Positions 19,532 to 28,345 of a stretch of DNA of 64,000 nt are shown here, one piece after another. Made by a program: the position numbers and the translations under genes. Source of the DNA: Nitrospirota bacterium. Lineage in GTDB: Bacteria > Nitrospirota > Thermodesulfovibrionia > Thermodesulfovibrionales > Dissulfurispiraceae. Location of the stretch: the NCBI GenBank assembly GCA_963790025.1, contig CAWBMP010000004.1, positions 1,248,001 through 1,312,000 of the forward strand, given 5' to 3'. The notes under the pieces are model-generated. The model was not told the origin of the DNA, searched no databases, and saw only the letters and a list, made by a program, of their open reading frames with translations. Position 1 is the stretch's first letter. The number at the start of each line of letters is the position of its first letter.

Positions 19532-20407
19532 TTAAATATTTAACAATCTTACTATCTTAATCGAGTCTGCAACGACTTTTCCAATGCCGAATGTATTCCC
19601 TTCCGGATTCTTAAGCCTTACAAATGGAGCATCCTTGTCCACTGTCTCTTGACACTCCCGTTTTAATCTGACGGGATTGCCATTGCTCGCCCGCAGGTAT
19701 TCATCCTTATCCAGAAGTATTGCACGCAGATGCTTTAGCGCCGCATCAAGCGTATGCAAGGCCTCCGTCTTATGGGGGAGTTCGTCGATTGTGGCTGCAT
19801 TCTGAAGAATGAAATCCCCAATCCTGGCCCTGGCAAGTTCTGTGACATGCGCACCGGTGCCGAGGGCGTTGCCGATGTCATTGCACAGTGAACGGATATA
19901 CGTTCCTTTTGAACAGGCGACATTCAGCCGGAGATACGGCATATTAAACTCCAATATTTCAATTGAATAGATGGTTATCAGTCTCGGTTTTCTGTCGACC
20001 TCGATGCCCTTTCTGGCAAGTTCATAGAGAGGCTTGCCACCTATTTTGATCGCCGAAAACATTGGCGGCGTTTGCTCGACTTCGCCTCTAAACCGGGGCA
20101 GTATTGTTTCTATGTCATTCCGTGTAACCACTGGGGTCATGGCCCGGTGAGTTATAATGCCTTCGGAGTCATACGTATTTGTGGATTCACCGAGCTTTGC
20201 CGTTACAATGTATTCTTTATCCAGATCAGACAGGTAACCGGCAATTTTGGTGGCTTCGTTCAGGCATATGAGAAGAACCCCGGTCGCCATAGGATCAAGT
20301 GTGCCCGCATGGCCTGCCTTGCGGACTTTGAAGAGTTTCTTTACCGCGGTAACAGCATCATGGGAGGTGCTGTCACGGCGTTTGTTGAATTGAAGTACTA
20401 TATTCAC
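19532..20407 (-). CDS. truB: tRNA pseudouridine(55) synthase
   Basis: GHAGTLDPMATG, QTPPMFSA, CSKGTYIRSL. Confidence 0.95.
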   Translation of the reverse strand: MNIVLQFNKRRDSTSHDAVTAVKKLFKVRKAGHAGTLDPMATGVLLICLNEATKIAGYLSDLDKEYIVTAKLGESTNTYDSEGIITHRAMTPVVTRNDIETILPRFRGEVEQTPPMFSAIKIGGKPLYELARKGIEVDRKPRLITIYSIEILEFNMPYLRLNVACSKGTYIRSLCNDIGNALGTGAHVTELARARIGDFILQNAATIDELPHKTEALHTLDAALKHLRAILLDKDEYLRASNGNPVRLKRECQETVDKDAPFVRLKNPEGNTFGIGKVVADSIKIVRLLNI

Positions 20408-20414
20408 ACTTTTT

Positions 20415-22610
20415 TTATTGGATCGCGGGAAGAGTTCCGAGTCCTTTCAGTGTAAGAAGAAACAATAGGCTGGTCTCCGAAGGATGTATTGTATCAGGCG
20501 GCTTCCTCTGGAATGATGCATCAATACTCCAGCATTGTTTGGTATAAATGGCATGCAGTGCATAGTCACGCAGACCTACATTGCTGTCATAAAACACATT
20601 TGCGGCAGCCGTCAATGTCTTGCTTACAACACTGGTGACGCTGAAACTATACTGTTCCGTACTGACTGCCGGCGGGGCCGCATACGTATAATACCGTCCA
20701 ATGGACGCAGTCGTCCCCGGATAAACTGTTGCCGAAAGGCTGCCGTTGAAGGTCTGCACTATCATAGTATTCAAATCGTCTGTCATGGTCAGGTTTAAGC
20801 TGTAAGGCCCGTGGCTTATAGACCAATCCAGTTCGGTAGGCTGAAGTGGGTGCGCCGGAGCGACAGCGGTTAAATCATATGGCTGTATGAGACGGGTTGA
20901 AATAGAGACGCTTTTTAAGGTGAGCGTGTCCAATACAGCAATTTGCCCCAAAGAGGACTTATTATTATTCCCGGCGATTTTGTTGGCCCAGTCAACGGAA
21001 TCAAAGAGAGGCAATGGATGAGTGGTGAAAGCGGGATTAAAAGAATACGAAATCGAAGGCTCAATACTATTGGTGCCTGATTCATATTGTTTAAAAAACC
21101 TTGTCAATGCCTTTGCCGTATATTGAAGGGTTTCACGATGAGGGTCGGAGCTTACAGTGCTGTTAGCAGTGCCGATAGTAGTAGTGGTCCCGATAGTAGT
21201 ACCCATATTCGAGAGTTTATAGGCGGTTTCATCCAATGAAAGTGATTGAAAGAACTGCACCCAGTCACCGAATGTATATGAGATAGTCGGGTTGATATCG
21301 AGCCGCTGCCCTGTTGCGCTATTGATGTCAAGCGACTGAACACCTGGATTGGTTGATCTTGTAAAATTAGCGATGCTCGAATTCATGGAAAAAAGCAGCG
21401 GTCCGATGCTGGTTGTGTTGACAACATACCCCAGTTCGGGCAGCCGCTGGGCCACATTGGGCTGGGCCGGCAGAGGGGGTGTCTGCAGTTGAGGAGGTTG
21501 CTGCAGGTCTACCCAGTACTGGCCGAGAAGGTAGAGACGGGAGTCCTTAAAGGGGACGGAAATTTCTCCGGAGGATTGGGTATACCGTTCTATCCTTTCG
21601 CTCCGTTGGGTCGAAAATTGATTATAGTAGTCCCACTGGTTGACATAATTGATATCGACATACGTCTTGATGTCACCGAACATCTGGTCATGACTGCCCT
21701 TAAATACCAAATTGGTTTTATGTTCCACACTATCGCTTAGGTGATACACAGACCACTTACCTTTATCGTCAAAATCAAGGTACCGGTATTCAAGCCCTTC
21801 CCCTGTGCCACGTTTGCTGTAATAATCGAGAGAGAGCGTTGCATCCTTGTTCTCGTCGATGGCCCAGAAAAATTTGGGGCTGAATTGGAAGCCCTTTACA
21901 GAGCTGTTGCCAAAAAGAGGAGTCAGCAATCCGGTTTCGCGGTCTTTGCCTACAGGCAACCTGAAATAAGGCGAGTAGAGTAACGGCAAACCGTCAACAC
22001 GATACACCATATTCTTGCCGGCAACTCTGTCGCCAATGAGAATATCGACATTACTGCCTTTAAAACACCAGTCAGGGCTGTCAGCACCGAACACTTTGTT
22101 CTCATAAGGACTCTTGTATCGGCCTTCGACCTCAGCTATGGTTTCGCAGGAGGTAAACGTTGCAGCCGTCGCATAGTAATGGGAGTCATCTATTTTTTCG
22201 ACTTTATCGCTGTTGACCCAGAAATCGATCTTTCCTCCAGCTCCCGCCTTCGCCTTTTGGTCCTTAAGCAGGATGACTGCATTGTACATTTTCCCGGTCC
22301 TCGTGTCGAGACTCAACTCGGCACGCTCCGAGTTTATCAATGTAGTCGGGTCTTCGTAAATAACATGGCCTTCCACCTCGACATAGGCAGCTTTTTCAAA
22401 TAAGACCGCCCTGTCGGCATACACAACGGTTTTGTCCTTTTCAAGTTTGACATTGCCGGTTGCAACATACTTGTCTTCTTCCTTAAAGTGTTCCAAATAG
22501 TCTGCCGTGATTGTTGTCGGAGACGCCGCCTGAAGGGCAGAAAAAAGGGGTAAAAAACAAAAGGTAATAAAAACAAAGCACGTTAAAGTAAACCAGGAGG
22601 CTTTAGACAC
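20415..22610 (-). CDS. lptD: LPS-assembly protein LptD-like
   Basis: Signal peptide, OstA-like N-terminus (ITAD..ATGNV), FTSC..PDW, RETGLLTP, beta-barrel-like C-terminus with QCW. Confidence 0.8.
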   Translation of the reverse strand: MSKASWFTLTCFVFITFCFLPLFSALQAASPTTITADYLEHFKEEDKYVATGNVKLEKDKTVVYADRAVLFEKAAYVEVEGHVIYEDPTTLINSERAELSLDTRTGKMYNAVILLKDQKAKAGAGGKIDFWVNSDKVEKIDDSHYYATAATFTSCETIAEVEGRYKSPYENKVFGADSPDWCFKGSNVDILIGDRVAGKNMVYRVDGLPLLYSPYFRLPVGKDRETGLLTPLFGNSSVKGFQFSPKFFWAIDENKDATLSLDYYSKRGTGEGLEYRYLDFDDKGKWSVYHLSDSVEHKTNLVFKGSHDQMFGDIKTYVDINYVNQWDYYNQFSTQRSERIERYTQSSGEISVPFKDSRLYLLGQYWVDLQQPPQLQTPPLPAQPNVAQRLPELGYVVNTTSIGPLLFSMNSSIANFTRSTNPGVQSLDINSATGQRLDINPTISYTFGDWVQFFQSLSLDETAYKLSNMGTTIGTTTTIGTANSTVSSDPHRETLQYTAKALTRFFKQYESGTNSIEPSISYSFNPAFTTHPLPLFDSVDWANKIAGNNNKSSLGQIAVLDTLTLKSVSISTRLIQPYDLTAVAPAHPLQPTELDWSISHGPYSLNLTMTDDLNTMIVQTFNGSLSATVYPGTTASIGRYYTYAAPPAVSTEQYSFSVTSVVSKTLTAAANVFYDSNVGLRDYALHAIYTKQCWSIDASFQRKPPDTIHPSETSLLFLLTLKGLGTLPAIQ

Positions 22611-23997
22611 GATTATAGTTCTCCCTTAAATCCCCTAATACCGCTTTTTCTCCCAGCGACTCCTTTGCTTCGCCTATCGTGAAAAAAGAGCCGGTAATAA
22701 CTATAAGCGCCGGCTCCGGAAGATTGGACGGCTGGTAAAGCGCGGTCTTTTTTGCCAGTGCAATTGCATCACTTATGGAAGAGGCAACAGTAGACTGAAA
22801 GCCCAGTGATGCAGCGTGCTCAGCAAGCAGACCGGGCGGCGCCGATCTTCCATAAAGGAGCGCAGTAAAAATTACTTTGGATGCAAGAGGCAGAAGGGGA
22901 GCAAGTATACCGGCAATATCTTTGTCCGACATGATTCCCGCGATGAGGATGACCCGATAATTTGTGAACTGTTTTCTTATAAATTCAGCGAGGGCAGACG
23001 CAGCGTTAGGGTTATGGGCCCCGTCAAGTATGATCGGCGGATTGCCATCTACGAGTTCGAGCCTTCCCAGCCACCTGGTGGCTTCAAGACCTTCCCTTAC
23101 TGCTTTCAGCGTACTGCGTTCTGCGTACTGAGTTACAAAATCACACTTTCTACTATTTTTACCGGAGAGCGTCGTACTCAGTATGCTGAACGCTTTAACG
23201 GCAACGCACGCGTTGATGACCTGATGCTCTCCGGCAAGCGGAACATGAAGATCGATAAAAGTTTGACCATCGCTGCAATAGTCTAACCTTGTTCCCGCCA
23301 GGTCCGTTGATTTCAAAGTGCCGCTGAAATCCTTGCCATAGATAAAAAAAGGTGATGACTCCGCATCTGCTTTGTCGCGTAGTATCTGCTCCACTTCCTG
23401 CTCTTGCATTGAACAAACAACCGGAACGCCATTCTTTATAATGCCTGCCTTCTCTGACGCAATTTCGCCGATAGAATTTCCGAGGAACTCTTTATGGTCA
23501 TAACTGATACCGGTGATAACAGAAACTGCAGGCAGTACGGTGTTGGTTGCATCCAGTCTGCCGCCCATCCCGACCTCGATAACAGCCCAGTCAACCTTGT
23601 TTCTGGCGAAATACAGAAAAGCCATAGCTGTTACAAACTCAAAAAATGTAGGTTCCCCTGCCTGAGCAGTAACGGGAGCCGATACTTCTTTTAATTCCCC
23701 TGTGAGCCGTTCCACTTCTGTTTCTGAAATCTGATTATTGTTTATCCTTATCCTCTCGGTAAAGCTGACCATGTGCGGGGAGGTAAAGAGTCCGACGCTG
23801 AAACCCCTGGACATAAGCATGGAGGCGATCATAGCCGATACCGAGCCTTTGCCGTTTGTGCCGGCAACATGCACTGAAAGGAACTCGTGGTGGGGATTGC
23901 TCAGGACGGCAAGGAGTTTTTCAGTCCTTTCGAGACCGAGCTTTATGCTGTGTTTCTGTAGGTCATACAGGTATTTGATAGCGCCGATATAACTCAT
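22603..23997 (-). CDS. folC: Folylpolyglutamate/dihydrofolate synthase
   Basis: HVAGTNGKGS, FTSPH, EVGMGGRLDATN, LDGAHNP, TGSFF. Confidence 0.96.
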   Translation of the reverse strand: MSYIGAIKYLYDLQKHSIKLGLERTEKLLAVLSNPHHEFLSVHVAGTNGKGSVSAMIASMLMSRGFSVGLFTSPHMVSFTERIRINNNQISETEVERLTGELKEVSAPVTAQAGEPTFFEFVTAMAFLYFARNKVDWAVIEVGMGGRLDATNTVLPAVSVITGISYDHKEFLGNSIGEIASEKAGIIKNGVPVVCSMQEQEVEQILRDKADAESSPFFIYGKDFSGTLKSTDLAGTRLDYCSDGQTFIDLHVPLAGEHQVINACVAVKAFSILSTTLSGKNSRKCDFVTQYAERSTLKAVREGLEATRWLGRLELVDGNPPIILDGAHNPNAASALAEFIRKQFTNYRVILIAGIMSDKDIAGILAPLLPLASKVIFTALLYGRSAPPGLLAEHAASLGFQSTVASSISDAIALAKKTALYQPSNLPEPALIVITGSFFTIGEAKESLGEKAVLGDLRENYNRV

Positions 23998-24845
23998 GGT
24001 TCCTGGGGTGCGGAGGACAAATGATCAAGCAAGATGAATATGGTATTTTTCAGTTCTTTTCTCTCGACAACAAGGTCTAGCATGCCATGATCGAGCAGGA
24101 ATTCGGCCCTCTGAAAGTTTTCAGGCAGTTGCTGCTTGATGGTTTGCTCAATCACCCGGGGGCCGGCAAAACCAATGAGGCTTTTGGGCTCGGCGACAAT
24201 GATATCGCCAAGCATGGCGAAGCTTGCAGTAACCCCGCCGAAAGTGGGGTCCGCGAGAATGGAGATATACGGGACCCCGTTCTCCCTTAGCCTTCCGATG
24301 GCAGCAGATACCTTTGCCATTTGCATAAGCGAGAACATGCCCTCCTGCATACGCGCGCCCCCGGAAGACGAAACGGTTATAAGAGGTATTTTCTGTTCCA
24401 TGGAGCGCTCTGCGGCCCGTGCGATTTTTTCACCCACAACAGAGCCCATGCTTCCACCCATAAAAGAAAAATCCATTATGGCCAGCACGACCGGTCTCCC
24501 GTTTATCGTAGCGTTTCCGTATATGGCCGCTTCTTTAAGTCCGCTTTTTTTTATATTTTCCTTGAGTCTGTCTTTGTAAGAGATGGAATCTTTAAATTCA
24601 AGGGGATCGGCAGTAGCGAGATCGCTATCGATCTCGACGAAGCTGCCCTCATCAGCTATGAACCGGATGCGTTCGGAAGCGCTAATCCGGAAGTGGTAGT
24701 TGCATTTTGGACAGACCTGGAGATTCTTCTCAATTTCCTTTTTATAGATAATCTCCTTGCAACTGTCGCATTTTATCCACAACCCCTCGGGGATTTTAAC
24801 TTTTTTTTCTGTTCTAATTTCCTTTTTTTTCTTAAACCAGCTCAA
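23994..24845 (-). CDS. accD: Acetyl-CoA carboxylase carboxyltransferase beta subunit
   Basis: LWIKCDSC..CPKC zinc finger, GGSMGSVVGE, SGGARMQEG, FAGPRVIEQTI. Confidence 0.97.
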   Translation of the reverse strand: MSWFKKKKEIRTEKKVKIPEGLWIKCDSCKEIIYKKEIEKNLQVCPKCNYHFRISASERIRFIADEGSFVEIDSDLATADPLEFKDSISYKDRLKENIKKSGLKEAAIYGNATINGRPVVLAIMDFSFMGGSMGSVVGEKIARAAERSMEQKIPLITVSSSGGARMQEGMFSLMQMAKVSAAIGRLRENGVPYISILADPTFGGVTASFAMLGDIIVAEPKSLIGFAGPRVIEQTIKQQLPENFQRAEFLLDHGMLDLVVERKELKNTIFILLDHLSSAPQEP

Positions 24846-25642
24846 ATCGCTTCCCTTAGTCCCCTGATAAAGATTTCCGCCTGTTCAGGAGTTTCGTTAA
24901 GAACTTTTACCAGCGCACTCCCCACAATAACGCCATCTGCTACCTGTGCTACTACTCGGGCCTGCTCCGGGGTTGCAATACCAAAGCCGACTGCCACCGG
25001 CTTATCCGTGGCCTTTTTAAGCAGGCTTAAACGGTCATTGAACTCCTGGTCAAGTTCGAGTTTAGACCCTGTAATACCGGTCATGGAAACATAATATACA
25101 AAACCGCTGCTGGCCAATGCTATCTTTTTTATACGTGCGGCCGTCGAGGTCGGAGCAGTGAGGAAAATTGTATCAATGCGCCTTCCACCTGATGCGTCCC
25201 TCGACAGTCTCATGAGCACTCCTGCCTCTTCGGGGGGGAGATCGGGAACAATGACCCCGTCGACCCCCGCCTGTATTGCATCCCGGATAAAAGCCTCCTC
25301 TCCATATTTAAATAAGGGGTTGTAGTAAGTCATAAGTATCAGCGGTATTTCAGTGTGGAGCCTGATCTCCCTTACCAGGGAGAGTACTTTCCTGAGTGTA
25401 GTCCCTGATTTCAAGGCCCTTCCCGCAGCTTTTTGTATGGTAGGGCCATCGGCAAGGGGATCTGAAAAAGGCACCCCGAGCTCAATAATGTCAGCTCCGC
25501 AGCGCTCCAAAAGCAAGACGTATTTCAGTGTTGTTTCGGTATCAGGGTCGCCTGCCATCAGGTAGGGGATAAACGCTTTCTTATTCTGCACCCGTACTGC
25601 TCCGAACAAAGTGGATATTTTGGTTTTTTTCATGGGTTTCAC
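24842..25642 (-). CDS. trpA: Tryptophan synthase alpha
   Basis: [35 protein letters not shown]. Confidence 0.97.
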   Translation of the reverse strand: MKPMKKTKISTLFGAVRVQNKKAFIPYLMAGDPDTETTLKYVLLLERCGADIIELGVPFSDPLADGPTIQKAAGRALKSGTTLRKVLSLVREIRLHTEIPLILMTYYNPLFKYGEEAFIRDAIQAGVDGVIVPDLPPEEAGVLMRLSRDASGGRRIDTIFLTAPTSTAARIKKIALASSGFVYYVSMTGITGSKLELDQEFNDRLSLLKKATDKPVAVGFGIATPEQARVVAQVADGVIVGSALVKVLNETPEQAEIFIRGLREAI

Positions 25643-26835
25643 TCGCAGAGATTAATTCCTTTTATCTTTGCCACCTGTTGTACATCTTTATCTCCCCTGC
25701 CGGAAAGATTGACAATTATTATACTATCGCTAGGCATTTCCGGGGCCCGCTTCATCACTTCTGCAATGGCATGGGCGGATTCAAGTGCCGGGATTATGCC
25801 TTCGGTCTGAGAGAGCATTTCAAATGCCGACAAGGCTTCATCATCAGTTGCGAAGGTATACTGTATTCTTCCTGATTCCTTGAGGTGTGAGTGCTCGGGA
25901 CCCACAGACGCATAGTCGAGTCCCGCTGAAACAGAGTGGGTGTCGAGAACGTTACCGTCGTCATCCTGAAGCAGGTACGTTTTACATCCCTGTAAGATGC
26001 CGACCGAACCGCCGGCAAACCGCGCCGCATGCTTCCCAGACCCGATTCCCTGCCCTCCCGCCTCAACACCGATCATCCTGATCTCAGTATCCAGAAATTC
26101 ATTAAACAAGCCGATTGCATTACTGCCCCCGCCCACGCAGGCTATTAAACAATCCGGCAACCGGCCCTCTGTTTTAAGTATCTGCCTGGCCGCCTCCTTT
26201 CCTATAACTGACTGAAAGTCTCTCACCAGCATAGGAAAGGGATGCGGACCAAAGGCGGTCCCAAGAACGTAATGGGTGGTACGGACATTGGTGGTCCAAT
26301 CTCTGAGCGCCTCATTAATGGCATCTTTGAGCGTCCTGGAGCCAATATCGACCTCTTTGACCGTGGCGCCGAGAAGCTTCATTCTGAACACATTCAAAGC
26401 CTGCCTCTGTATATCGACCGTTCCCATATAAATATCGCATTCTAATCCTGTGAAGGCGGCGCCTGTAGCGGTTGCCACACCATGCTGCCCGGCACCGGTT
26501 TCAGCTATTAACCTTCTCTTGCCCATTTTTTTTGCAAGGAGGGCCTGTCCCAACGCATTATTGATTTTATGCGCTCCGGTATGGGCCAGATCTTCACGCT
26601 TTAAATATATTTTTGCGCCACGTAGCTTTTCGGTCAGCCGTTTAGCGAAATAGAGGGGGGTCGGTCTTCCTATGTAGGTTGACTGCAGATGCCGCAGTTC
26701 TTTTTGGAACGCAGCGTCCTTCCTGGCTTCATTATAGGCCTCCTCAAGTTCTTCAAGCGCTGGAATAAGTGTTTCCGGGGCAAATCTGCCGCCATAAAGC
26801 CCAAAGTATCCCCGTTTGTCAGGCAGGTTCTTAAT
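25639..26835 (-). CDS. trpB: Tryptophan synthase beta (apparent ATT start)
   Basis: Frame extends 94 codons upstream of the ORF-track start: (I/M)[51 protein letters not shown]; no in-frame ATG/GTG/TTG before the upstream TAA. Confidence 0.93.
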   Translation of the reverse strand: MKNLPDKRGYFGLYGGRFAPETLIPALEELEEAYNEARKDAAFQKELRHLQSTYIGRPTPLYFAKRLTEKLRGAKIYLKREDLAHTGAHKINNALGQALLAKKMGKRRLIAETGAGQHGVATATGAAFTGLECDIYMGTVDIQRQALNVFRMKLLGATVKEVDIGSRTLKDAINEALRDWTTNVRTTHYVLGTAFGPHPFPMLVRDFQSVIGKEAARQILKTEGRLPDCLIACVGGGSNAIGLFNEFLDTEIRMIGVEAGGQGIGSGKHAARFAGGSVGILQGCKTYLLQDDDGNVLDTHSVSAGLDYASVGPEHSHLKESGRIQYTFATDDEALSAFEMLSQTEGIIPALESAHAIAEVMKRAPEMPSDSIIIVNLSGRGDKDVQQVAKIKGINLCE

Positions 26836-26983
26836 TTTATTTCTCCGGTACCCTTTATTGGCCGGATCATGGAAAGCCTCCGGGATTTGGTATTATATCA
26901 CACATTATTATAAGCAATATAACTTTACGTATGCCTCCAACCTTCAACCTATTAACTTACTGCCCGTGATATAATAAACAATA

Positions 26984-27595
26984 ATGCACATTAAAATTTG
27001 CGGCATAACGAACATTGAAGATGCGCTTGCAGCAGTTGATTATGGCGCTGACGCGTTAGGGTTTGTGTTCTACCCGGCAAGCCCCAGGTATGTTTCTCCT
27101 CAAACCGCGCGGGAGATAACGTCTTTTCTGCCCCCGTTTGTTACTACTATCGGCGTCTTTGTGAATGAGGAGGAGTCTAAAATAAAGGAAATTATGAAAT
27201 ACGCGGGCATAAATGTGCTGCAGCTGCACGGTGATGAGCCCCCTGAAATGTGTTCTATATGGCATAAAGTCATAAGGGCGCTAAGGGTGAAGGACCTTAT
27301 CGATCTGAAACCGCTTGCAGCCTGCAGCGTATCGGCATTCCTCCTGGACGCCTATTCGTCCGGACAGTTTGGCGGAACTGGACAGATATTTAATTGGGAC
27401 ATTGCCGTTGAAGCGAAAAGGTACGGACATATTATTCTTTCCGGGGGACTTAATCCGGATAATATCGAAAAAGCAATCAAGTGGGTAAGACCTTATGCTG
27501 TTGATGTCAGCAGCGGAATAGAAGCCGAGAAAGGCAAGAAGAACTTGAAAAAAATGAAGCTGTTTATCGAGCGGGCCAGGGGTGCTCACTGGTAA
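26984..27595 (+). CDS. trpF: Phosphoribosylanthranilate isomerase
   Basis: [39 protein letters not shown]. Confidence 0.96.
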   Translation: MHIKICGITNIEDALAAVDYGADALGFVFYPASPRYVSPQTAREITSFLPPFVTTIGVFVNEEESKIKEIMKYAGINVLQLHGDEPPEMCSIWHKVIRALRVKDLIDLKPLAACSVSAFLLDAYSSGQFGGTGQIFNWDIAVEAKRYGHIILSGGLNPDNIEKAIKWVRPYAVDVSSGIEAEKGKKNLKKMKLFIERARGAHW

Positions 27596-27611
27596 GCACC
27601 CAAAGACTTGA

Positions 27612-27977
27612 TTACTTCGATGCCACCCGTATAACAGTCTTTACGTTTCCCCTGGGGTTGAAATCGCCGATCACTTCAATTGACCTCGGCTTCAGAAGAC
27701 GTTTCAGGTCAGTGTAAATCTTGTTTGTCACTTCCTCGTGCGATATATGGATGTCCCTGAACGTATTAAAATAAAGCTTCAGTGATTTCAATTCAATGAT
27801 TTTTTTTGCCGGAATATAATTCAGTTTTATCGTTGCAAAATCTGGATACCCTGACCTAGGGCAGAGGCAGGTAAATTCAGGAAACTCAATCGAAATGTCA
27901 TAATCCCGTTCCGGAGACGGATTGTCCCAAACTTGGAGTTGCGTTTCTTTTATGGCCTTTTCACCATAGCGCATCAT
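27612..27977 (-). CDS. queF: NADPH-dependent preQ0 reductase (type I)
   Basis: [34 protein letters not shown]. Confidence 0.95.
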   Translation of the reverse strand: MMRYGEKAIKETQLQVWDNPSPERDYDISIEFPEFTCLCPRSGYPDFATIKLNYIPAKKIIELKSLKLYFNTFRDIHISHEEVTNKIYTDLKRLLKPRSIEVIGDFNPRGNVKTVIRVASK

Positions 27978-28345
27978 GTAGTCTAACAGGATCCGGCCAG
28001 ATTTTGGCAATATTATTCAGGATTACTGTAGCCGGCAATTTATCCCAGCTTAATGCTTAGTTTCTTCCCAAACACAAGCATAAGTGGTGTTTATATCGGG
28101 AAGAAAGTGGGATATTTTAATCGTATGTCTGAAGTTTCAGCTCTTTCTGGTAATGGAGACTAACACATCGAAGACTTTCTGTAACTGTTTCCCCGGAATA
28201 AAACGCAGCTCGACTGTCGAGTTCACCGGAAGGTCCTGGCTTACAGGTTTTTAATCAAACGAGGTTTCCCTCGGCCCTTTGAATTGAGAATCTGTGAAAT
28301 GTTATGCTGAAAAAGTGCTCGGACAGGTAAATATCATAGGTTTTT

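Noticed and set aside
21166..21204. TTIGTTTTIGT repeat in LptD
   Set aside because: Short local duplication in a probable extracellular loop; no evidence of anything further
26670..26870. 66-aa ORF as a trp attenuator leader peptide
   Set aside because: It has no Trp codons, no terminator/antiterminator pair is visible, and it overlaps the trpB coding region
27978..28120. Canonical preQ1 riboswitch upstream of queF
   Set aside because: No recognisable preQ1-I stem-loop with A-rich tail; only an unrelated hairpin, reported at low interest
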